From IMG/VR virus record IMGVR_UViG_3300037320_000111, positions 1 through 33,650 of that record: DNA of 33,650 bases. The stretch is one strand, 5' to 3'. How positions within the stretch are numbered: the stretch's first letter is position 1; the number at the start of each line of letters is the position of its first letter. The DNA is from a virus. This document shows, piece after piece, positions 19,070 to 25,591 of this stretch. The notes under the pieces are model-generated. The model did no database searches, was not told the DNA's origin, and saw nothing but the letters and a program-made list of their open reading frames with translations. The translations under genes and the position numbers were made by a program.

Positions 19070-19092
19070 AAACCCGCTGTGGTAGCGGGTTT
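19070..19092 (-). terminator. Intrinsic terminator after the recombinase gene
   Basis: Perfect 9-bp stem aaacccgct/agcgggttt with a 5-nt loop, flanked by T/A runs. Confidence 0.7.
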
Positions 19093-19096
19093 TTAA

Positions 19097-19930
19097 TTAT
19101 ATTCTTATCGCGTTAAGTGGTGAGTTTATTTTGCTGATGATATTGTTTGAAATCTGAACATAGCACATTGTCGTTTTTACATTGCTGTGGCCCGCTAACT
19201 TCTGGACCACATTAATATCACAACCGGCTTCGACTAAGTGGGTGAAGCTATTGTGCCGCATCTGATGTGTCCAAACTCGTTTGTTTATTCCGGCTTTCTT
19301 CCCTAATTGTTTGATCACCGCGCCCACACTTGTAGCTGTGTATTGATCACAATTTTGACCGCTTAAAATAAAAATCTTGGTTTGATACTCGTGATAATAC
19401 TTTTCTAATAAAGGAACCAAAGAAGCGGCCAACATCACTTGCCGGTCTTTGTTCCCTTTGCCTTTTAAGATGTTGATGATCATCCTGGAACGATCAATAT
19501 TTTCCCATTTTAAATTCAGCAATTCAGACACCCGCAAACCGCACGAATAAAGCAACGCCAATATCACTTTGTGTTTTAGATTTTCGCAAACATCGAACAT
19601 CTTTTGCACTTCGGCTTGGGATAGGACAATAGGCAGCTTTTTGTCGGATCGCGGATATTCAATATTTTTAAATTTTAACGGCTGTTTCCCGGTGAATTTA
19701 TAAAACAGTTTTACGGCAGAAATTCGATGTTTGCGGCCATTTATACTGTTTGCCAACAACAACCATTGTTTTATTTTTTGCTCTGAAATTTCCGAAGGTT
19801 TTGTGGCGATATTATTAAAATACTCTAAAAAACATTTTACCTGGCTGCAATAGTTTAAGATCGTGTTTTCGGCGTAGTTTTTCAACCTCAAATCTTCAGA
19901 ATACATTTCAACATACTTTGTGATATTCAT
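19097..19930 (-). CDS. XerC/XerD-type tyrosine recombinase (second recombinase of the phage)
   Basis: 277 aa. SAM-like N-domain. Catalytic signature GLRVSEL (R), HQMRHNSFTH (H-x-x-R), GHSNVKTT (H) and CYVQI (Y). Confidence 0.85.
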   Translation of the reverse strand: MNITKYVEMYSEDLRLKNYAENTILNYCSQVKCFLEYFNNIATKPSEISEQKIKQWLLLANSINGRKHRISAVKLFYKFTGKQPLKFKNIEYPRSDKKLPIVLSQAEVQKMFDVCENLKHKVILALLYSCGLRVSELLNLKWENIDRSRMIINILKGKGNKDRQVMLAASLVPLLEKYYHEYQTKIFILSGQNCDQYTATSVGAVIKQLGKKAGINKRVWTHQMRHNSFTHLVEAGCDINVVQKLAGHSNVKTTMCYVQISNNIISKINSPLNAIRI

Positions 19931-19945
19931 GGCGTTAAATTTTAA

Positions 19946-19991
19946 AAAGTTATTTCGGAATGAAGATAAGCAACATTTCCGAAATAACTTT
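19946..19991 (-). terminator. Strong hairpin (15-bp perfect stem, 16-nt loop) 15 nt upstream of the recombinase ATG
   Basis: aaagttatttcggaa (19946..19960) pairs with ttccgaaataacttt (19977..19991), with a T-rich tail on the minus strand. Could be a terminator of the 151-aa gene or a regulatory/recombinase-related structure. Confidence 0.5.
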
Positions 19992-20042
19992 AGTTAAGTA
20001 TTGATTTTATTAGGTATTAATAGAAGTAAATACATATAGTAG

Positions 20043-20498
20043 TTAGCAAACAGTTTCAGAAACCCTTGTCGCTTCGATTATATATTCTTCCAAAAGTGAT
20101 TGAGTTTTTGAAATATGGTATCTATCATTCCATTTAAAGCAATCAACTGTTTTTTCTTCTCCTTGAAATTGACATCTTACTTTATATTGATTTTCCTTGT
20201 CAAAACGGGCGTTAAATAATAAACAATCTTCATTTCTATTTTCAAGTCCGTGTTCCATTCCGTAACATCTATTTACCCAATCAAACAATTTTTTACGTTC
20301 ATTTTCTGTCAAAGCATGATAATGTTTATTTATAACATCGTCCCAAAACATAGCTCTTGCAATTGGGCGTGGAGGAATACACGCTTCGACTAAAAAACTG
20401 AACTCAAAAAAATCAATATTAAACCGATTTGCTAACATCGGTTTTGACTTATTGCCGTTTTGGTTTTGAACGGAATTATTATTTTGTTCTTCAATCAT
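20043..20498 (-). CDS. Hypothetical protein (151 aa), orphan
   Basis: ATG ORF. Asn/Gln-rich N-terminal tail, then a core FSFLVEACIPPRPIARAMFWDDVINKHYHALTENERKKLFDWV. No family recognised. Confidence 0.6.
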   Translation of the reverse strand: MIEEQNNNSVQNQNGNKSKPMLANRFNIDFFEFSFLVEACIPPRPIARAMFWDDVINKHYHALTENERKKLFDWVNRCYGMEHGLENRNEDCLLFNARFDKENQYKVRCQFQGEEKTVDCFKWNDRYHISKTQSLLEEYIIEATRVSETVC

Positions 20499-20558
20499 TT
20501 GTCATTAATTTAAAGTTGGTCTTGTGTTTTATCGGCAACAAGACAAAGCCGAATACCG

Positions 20559-21074
20559 TTACAAGACATCATTTAACAGATTCAAAGCAAAAACTTCAAA
20601 TACGTTCCCAACTCTATTTTTTGGGAAAAGTTGGTTAACAAAGTTTTCATTTTCTTTTTTGTATACTTCAAACATTCTTGACCGTTCTTTTTTTGAATGT
20701 TTTATATTAGCAATTCTATCACACAATTTTACAAAAGTTGCATATTCTACTTCTCTAATTCCATCGTAATACTTATCATTCGCTCTTTCTTTTCTATTCT
20801 TACCTTTTTCATTGGATAAAGCAAAAACAATTTCTGCAACTTTTGTATTTGATACTTCTTTCACATCATTGTAAGTTAGCCTACAATCTTCTATTGTATC
20901 GTGAAGCCAACAAGCTGACAAAACTATTTCTCTATCTTTTTCGGGAATTGTATTGATAAATTTATTCGCCACATCAACTACCATTTTTAAATGAAATGAG
21001 TAAGAATAAACGCCATATTTATGATTGACGTTATTGTGTGACCTAATTGCAAACTCTTTAATAAGTTCTAACAT
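20559..21074 (-). CDS. HD-domain hydrolase of the Mesh1/SpoT (p)ppGpp-hydrolase type (small alarmone hydrolase-like)
   Basis: Aligns by eye to the Mesh1/SpoT hydrolase blocks: FAIRSHNNVNHKYGVYSYSFHL (A..H....[RK]..PY..H), CWLHDTIEDC (LLHDxxED), VAEIVFALSNEK and FVKLCDRIANI (KxADxLxN). The track start at 21230 is a TTG with 52 extra residues; the first ATG is at 21074 (MLELIKEF). Confidence 0.7.
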   Translation of the reverse strand: MLELIKEFAIRSHNNVNHKYGVYSYSFHLKMVVDVANKFINTIPEKDREIVLSACWLHDTIEDCRLTYNDVKEVSNTKVAEIVFALSNEKGKNRKERANDKYYDGIREVEYATFVKLCDRIANIKHSKKERSRMFEVYKKENENFVNQLFPKNRVGNVFEVFALNLLNDVL

Positions 21075-21226
21075 AATGTTTAGTATAATAACCGTCTTGT
21101 AACACTCGTTTTGTGCTATTACGGATTTGTTGGTTAATTCATGTTTATTTTGCCCGTAGGCGTTTATTTTTAGTTGAAAATTCTCGGTTCGCAAGTCCGT
21201 AACAGACACAAAGCGAGGGGACGTTG

Positions 21227-22021
21227 TCAAAAAGGCAATTCATTCAAACTTTTCACCCTTTTATACCCCACATTATAGCGTTGATTGTGCGAAGCATCAA
21301 ATAAATACGTACAAATACCGGCATTGTTTAATTCAACAAAGTTTTCAAAGCGATCATCCACATAAATATCAATACCAGATGCTTTCGCCACTTCCACTTT
21401 GCTTTCACCAAGGCCAATGCTGTACACCGGCACAGCCGGAAATCCATTGTTGTGCAACCATTCTTCGGTCCAGGATGCCGGAATGCTGCGGCTTGTGATG
21501 TAGCAATGCGGTTCGAAAGGAATTTCGCTTGGTTTTATCTTTGCCGGGATCGACAACCAAAAATCTTTGTCATCCTTCAAAAGTTCAAACTTTGCGTTGA
21601 TGTAGCGGTCGAAGTTCCATGCATCCGGCACATCTTGTTGGTGGTGCGCGGTCCAATGCTGCACCCACCCGGCCAACACTTCATCAATGTCCAATCCTAT
21701 TTTCGGGCGTTTTAAATATTTATGTGTGCGGTTATCACCTTGCGGGTAAATTTTATAATATTCTGTTAGGAATCCCGCGTTGCACATTACGTGCGCCGTA
21801 TGCAGCAATCCCGTTTCCTGGTCGTAATCTTCACCGGCTTCAAAAGCGGCGATGTGTCTTTTCATCGATGCCAATACGGTGGTCCACTTCATGCCCTTTT
21901 CCCAATTGCGTTCCGCATATTTGTTGGCTCCTAATGTCAACACCTTTGCATATTGATCTTGTGCAAATTGCGGGACCAGATCATGGCGCGTTTTTCCGTC
22001 GTTGTATCTTAATCCTTCCAT
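21227..22021 (-). CDS. Fusion: DUF5664/MazZ-like dNTP diphosphohydrolase N-domain + HAD-type 5'(3')-deoxyribonucleotidase (NT5C-like)
   Basis: N-terminal region RYNDGKTRHDLVP..LTLGANKYAERNWEKG..MKRHIAAFEAGEDYDQETGLLHTAHVMCNAGFL resembles the dATP/dGTP diphosphohydrolase N-terminal family as I recall it. The C-terminal half has HAD motifs: DIDEV (DxDxV), ITSRS, a Lys in ESKVEVAK, and YVDDRFEN. The ATG lies 1 nt after the terS stop. Confidence 0.6.
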   Translation of the reverse strand: MEGLRYNDGKTRHDLVPQFAQDQYAKVLTLGANKYAERNWEKGMKWTTVLASMKRHIAAFEAGEDYDQETGLLHTAHVMCNAGFLTEYYKIYPQGDNRTHKYLKRPKIGLDIDEVLAGWVQHWTAHHQQDVPDAWNFDRYINAKFELLKDDKDFWLSIPAKIKPSEIPFEPHCYITSRSIPASWTEEWLHNNGFPAVPVYSIGLGESKVEVAKASGIDIYVDDRFENFVELNNAGICTYLFDASHNQRYNVGYKRVKSLNELPF

Positions 22022-22022
22022 G

Positions 22023-22463
22023 TTAACCGTTTTTAGATTTCATTAATTCTTCAAACAAAGATGTTTGTGCGGGATCTGTTGTGGATTTCAATTCTTTGTC
22101 AGACTTAGGATCTAATCCAAATATTTTAAATTGTTTCATCAGAATATCAATGGCATCGTTTCTCAATGTTACTACAACCGAAATATTTTGCGCGCCGGTT
22201 TTAAATGTCTGGATGTACCCGGTTCCAAATTCCTTTGCATTTTTCTTTTCTATTTCGCGGCAAGCGAATTCAAATTGCGACATTCCCACCGCGTACACTT
22301 CCAACGCATTCAAGTAGTGATCTTGCAATCGGTCCTTCTTCGCCAGAATGTTTCCCATGAACATGTAATGCTTTTTAGATTCTTTAGATAAATACATTGG
22401 CGGCCGCGGACATTTTACTAAACCTTCTTTATCTTTCCCAATTGATACAATTTTCAAACCCAT
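22023..22463 (-). CDS. terS: Terminase small subunit (P27 family-like)
   Basis: 146 aa. Pattern LSKESKKHY..LQDHYLNALEVYAVGMSQFEFACREIEK..GYIQTFKTGAQNISV..IFGLDP. Downstream of the HNH gene. Confidence 0.75.
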   Translation of the reverse strand: MGLKIVSIGKDKEGLVKCPRPPMYLSKESKKHYMFMGNILAKKDRLQDHYLNALEVYAVGMSQFEFACREIEKKNAKEFGTGYIQTFKTGAQNISVVVTLRNDAIDILMKQFKIFGLDPKSDKELKSTTDPAQTSLFEELMKSKNG

Positions 22464-22576
22464 AATCTTATTTTTTAAATGTTATTTTAAACCTAAACCC
22501 TTTAAAATCAGTTAACCCCCCCTTGTGTTTATATTCAAAAAGTAAAATTCCGACTAAACAGCGATGTCGGTGATGT

Positions 22577-22900
22577 TTATTCCTTTGGTGATTTTACCCC
22601 ATACCCCCTTGATTCATGTGAGGACTTGACATTGTGGCATCGTTCGCATAGGCTCTGGAAGTTGTCATGGTCCAACGGTGCGCCGCCCGCCTTGATTGGT
22701 ACGATGTGATCCACTACTTTGGCAGCAGTCACGATGCCCGCATTTTCACAATGAACACACAACGGATGCTTCAATCGATAGGCTTTGCGCGCCTTTCTCC
22801 ATGGCCATGAATTATAAAAGGCATCTTGTTTTTCTTCCCTTCCGAATGCGACCTTCTCCGGCACCCACGATCGGTTCACTTTGTTTGGTTTGTTTGCCAT
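22577..22900 (-). CDS. HNH endonuclease (packaging-associated)
   Basis: 107 aa. CVHCE..VDHIVP..N.QSLCERCHNVKS is an HNH/zinc-finger signature. Classic position before terS in HK97-like cos phages. Confidence 0.85.
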   Translation of the reverse strand: MANKPNKVNRSWVPEKVAFGREEKQDAFYNSWPWRKARKAYRLKHPLCVHCENAGIVTAAKVVDHIVPIKAGGAPLDHDNFQSLCERCHNVKSSHESRGYGVKSPKE

Positions 22901-22902
22901 AA

Positions 22903-24387
22903 TTAAAAAGCTATATCATTATCATTTTCGAATGCTTCAACAGGCGTGATCAAACGCAATGGCGGTTCGCTGTAGGTTGTATCATCGCTCATGTCATCAG
23001 CATCTTCGACATCCACAAACTTTGTTTTATCACCCACCCATTTTAAGTATACCGTGCCGGTTGATCCACCGCGATACTTTGCCAACACTATTTCAGTATT
23101 CGCCCCCAGATCCAATAGGTTTTGCAACGTGTAATCATTATCATCGTTATCCATTGGCAAGTTGTAGTATTCCGGTCTATAGATGAACTCTACAATGTCG
23201 GCATCTTGTTCAATCGATCCACAGTCTTTAATATCAGACAGATGCGGGCATTTGTTGTTTCCGTTTCGTTTCTCGCACTCTCTATTAACTTGAGCCAACA
23301 CAATCACCGGAATGTCCAATTCCTTTGCTAACTTCTTCAATCTTCTTGATATGGATGACAATTCATTTTCTCGACTTCCTTTCATCGTTCTATCACCCAT
23401 TAATTGTATGTAATCTATAATCAACAACTTAATGTCAAATTTGCGCTTCCATAGCTTTGCAGTGATAATCACATCGGTGATGTCAGCATTACCGCTATCA
23501 TCGATATACAAAGGATAATCCTTCATTCTGTTCGTGTGTGCTGATAACGTTGTGAAGTATTCCGGCTTTTCAAAGCCACTTTTAATCAATTGTTTTAGAT
23601 GAAAGTTAGTATCAATCGACACCGCGCGCGCCGTTAATTGATGCATCGACATTTCAAGCGATATAAACCCAACACCTTGCATTTGTTTGGCGTTAGCTAT
23701 AGCAGTCTTTAAAACCTTAGATGTCTTACCCATTCCGGGCCGTGCTGCCACAATAACCAGATCTTGATTCCTATATCCACCCGTGTATTTATTTAACCGC
23801 TGAAAGCCTGTATCAACACCAACCATTTTCACTTCATCTTTGTTAGCGGTCAAAAGTTCCACAGATCGTTTCAATTCTTCCAAGGCTGTAGGAAATGACA
23901 TTGTGGTTCTTCCCGTTTGCGTATAATCGATCACGTTGTCGATTTCTTTCTGCCAACGTGCTATCACCTCAAAGATGTCGTTTTCGTCGCTCTGCGCTAA
24001 TCCTATGACCTGTGACGAGAAGTTTATAATCATTCGTGCGATGAATTTTTGCAGAATAATCCTTGCATGGTATTCTGAATGCGCTGAAGATGCTATTTTT
24101 TGTGTTAAATCAATTAAAGCCATATCACCACCGGATTGATCATACAAAGACAATTTGCGTAGTTCAGCCGATACGGTCAACATGTCAATTGGATCACCCG
24201 CAGCATACAAAGATTGAATTGCCTTGAATATGCATTTGTTTGATTCTTTATAAAAAGTGTCCGGACTTCTTACAATCGCCATCACACCATCCAAGCCTTT
24301 GCTGTCAATCAACATCGCCCCCAACACCGCTTCTTCCATTTGAACGCTATGCGGCATCACGTTTTGTTTATTTATAGTATTTTGCAT
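22903..24387 (-). CDS. dnaB: Replicative DNA helicase DnaB
   Basis: 494 aa. N-terminal PHSVQMEEAVLGAMLID, Walker A ARPGMGKTS, and C-terminal RecA-like motifs (IIDYIQLM, LAQVNR). Confidence 0.9.
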   Translation of the reverse strand: MQNTINKQNVMPHSVQMEEAVLGAMLIDSKGLDGVMAIVRSPDTFYKESNKCIFKAIQSLYAAGDPIDMLTVSAELRKLSLYDQSGGDMALIDLTQKIASSAHSEYHARIILQKFIARMIINFSSQVIGLAQSDENDIFEVIARWQKEIDNVIDYTQTGRTTMSFPTALEELKRSVELLTANKDEVKMVGVDTGFQRLNKYTGGYRNQDLVIVAARPGMGKTSKVLKTAIANAKQMQGVGFISLEMSMHQLTARAVSIDTNFHLKQLIKSGFEKPEYFTTLSAHTNRMKDYPLYIDDSGNADITDVIITAKLWKRKFDIKLLIIDYIQLMGDRTMKGSRENELSSISRRLKKLAKELDIPVIVLAQVNRECEKRNGNNKCPHLSDIKDCGSIEQDADIVEFIYRPEYYNLPMDNDDNDYTLQNLLDLGANTEIVLAKYRGGSTGTVYLKWVGDKTKFVDVEDADDMSDDTTYSEPPLRLITPVEAFENDNDIAF

Positions 24388-25098
24388 TTATATGATGTTT
24401 TTTGGATTTGGTGACACATAATCTATTTTTGCTGCGGCTTGTTTCTTTTTTAACTCACCAGGCAACCAACGTGCAAAATGGCTACACAAATCTTTCTTGT
24501 TGTACTTCACATCCATTTCGCCTTTTAACTTTGTATTGAAGTTTTTTAACCATTCCAAAACAACCGCAGATGTGATCCTATTTTGCATTGCTATAATATT
24601 TAACCATTCTTCATTTGTTTCTACTTCTTGAATAATTAAATCATTTTTATTTGGCTCTGCCTTAATAGGTTTCTCTGGTATATGGTATATGGTAATAGGT
24701 TTATTTATACTACTTTCGCTTTCAATACTGCTTTCAATACTGCTTTGCACTTGCTTTGCACCATGCCTTAGTCTTGCTCTGTCCAATGCTTTGGTTGTTG
24801 GTTCGGTAAAATTTACTAGAGCGACTTTATTTGCTGAATGTTGGTTTCTTGATCTTTCAATCATTTCTATAAAACCAAAATCAACTAAATCGTTTAAGGC
24901 TCTGCCATATGTTTTATAGGTTCGAATCCCCAATGCTTCCATTGCCATTCCTGTTGGCAAATTAAACTTCTCTTTCCATCCAAGGCGGTTGCAATGTTCC
25001 ACCGCGAAGCAGAACAAAGCACAATGCGCTGGTGTTATCTTCTCCGGATTCACAAATGCCCAATCCCAGAAGTCACGCATTAATTTAAAGTAATCCAT
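24388..25098 (-). CDS. Putative replication initiator / helicase-loader-like protein (winged-helix N-domain)
   Basis: 236 aa. wHTH-like N-domain (MAMEALGIRTYKTYGRALNDLVDFGFIE). Low-complexity linker SSIESSIESESS encoded by the iteron-like array. Abuts dnaB. Function inferred from position. Confidence 0.4.
   Translation of the reverse strand: MDYFKLMRDFWDWAFVNPEKITPAHCALFCFAVEHCNRLGWKEKFNLPTGMAMEALGIRTYKTYGRALNDLVDFGFIEMIERSRNQHSANKVALVNFTEPTTKALDRARLRHGAKQVQSSIESSIESESSINKPITIYHIPEKPIKAEPNKNDLIIQEVETNEEWLNIIAMQNRITSAVVLEWLKNFNTKLKGEMDVKYNKKDLCSHFARWLPGELKKKQAAAKIDYVSPNPKNII
24663..24762. repeat. Iteron-like array of short direct repeats inside the initiator-like gene (candidate ori)
   Basis: TAATAGGTTT at 24663 and 24693. 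TGGTATA x3 from 24676. GCTTTCAATACT x2 at 24718..24741. GCTTTGCAC x2 at 24742 and 24753. An A/T-rich stretch at 24631..24652 lies next to the array. Confidence 0.4.
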
Positions 25099-25591
25099 CC
25101 GAACGCATTTTAACCATCTTTACATTGCACCCAACCATTTGCGCTTTACAAATAGAATTCGACACCGCCACCATTGCTTTTGCTTTTTCCAATTGCATGT
25201 CTGTTGGCCCTTTTGCCAATTCATTAAACAACCCCATTAAGCTATTCGACACTTTGTCCATCATTTCTTCTGGTTCCATTACAGTGGCTTCATGCGATGC
25301 TTCTCTTACTGCCATTTGGCTTTGTTTTTCAGCCAATACCGTTTTTTGAACATAAGTCGACACTGTCGCTTCCTTTTCTTGCTTGCGTCGCTCTATTTCT
25401 GCAAATTCTTCTTTGGTGATCACTTCTATACTTTCCAAAAAAGAATCTAATTGAGAAGGCAAAAAAGCGAACGTGCGTTGTTTTGTGGTTATCACTGCTT
25501 TTTGATTAATAATCTTAACTTTTAATACATCATATCTAATGTTTCCAAATTTGAATGATGTTCCGATTAATGCGTTTAATTTACTTTGCAT
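25085..25591 (-). CDS. Hypothetical protein (168 aa)
   Basis: ATG ORF overlapping both neighbours (14 nt and 11 nt). Central Glu/Lys-rich helix. No family recognised. Confidence 0.6.
   Translation of the reverse strand: MQSKLNALIGTSFKFGNIRYDVLKVKIINQKAVITTKQRTFAFLPSQLDSFLESIEVITKEEFAEIERRKQEKEATVSTYVQKTVLAEKQSQMAVREASHEATVMEPEEMMDKVSNSLMGLFNELAKGPTDMQLEKAKAMVAVSNSICKAQMVGCNVKMVKMRSDGLL

Noticed and set aside
19946-19991. The 15-bp inverted repeat as a core recombination site for the Xer-type recombinase
   Set aside because: Tyrosine-recombinase core sites have 6-8-bp spacers between the arms, and this one has 16 nt. A terminator or RNA hairpin is the simpler reading. It is kept as a feature and discussed, but not called a recombination site.
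20559-21230. Long N-terminal extensions in track ORFs (20559-21230, 17225-18979, 33229-33633, 26470-26835, 25581-26336)
   Set aside because: The first four begin at TTG or GTG codons (checked in the sequence). The fifth runs through the tRNA-like element. Downstream ATGs give products that start where family similarity starts and that remove overlaps with upstream genes.
24718-24741. Tandem 12-nt repeats as a mini CRISPR-like or satellite array
   Set aside because: There are only two to three copies of 7-12-nt units with no spacers, and they lie inside a coding linker. This is not a CRISPR architecture. They are interpreted instead as iteron-like repeats or a coding duplication.
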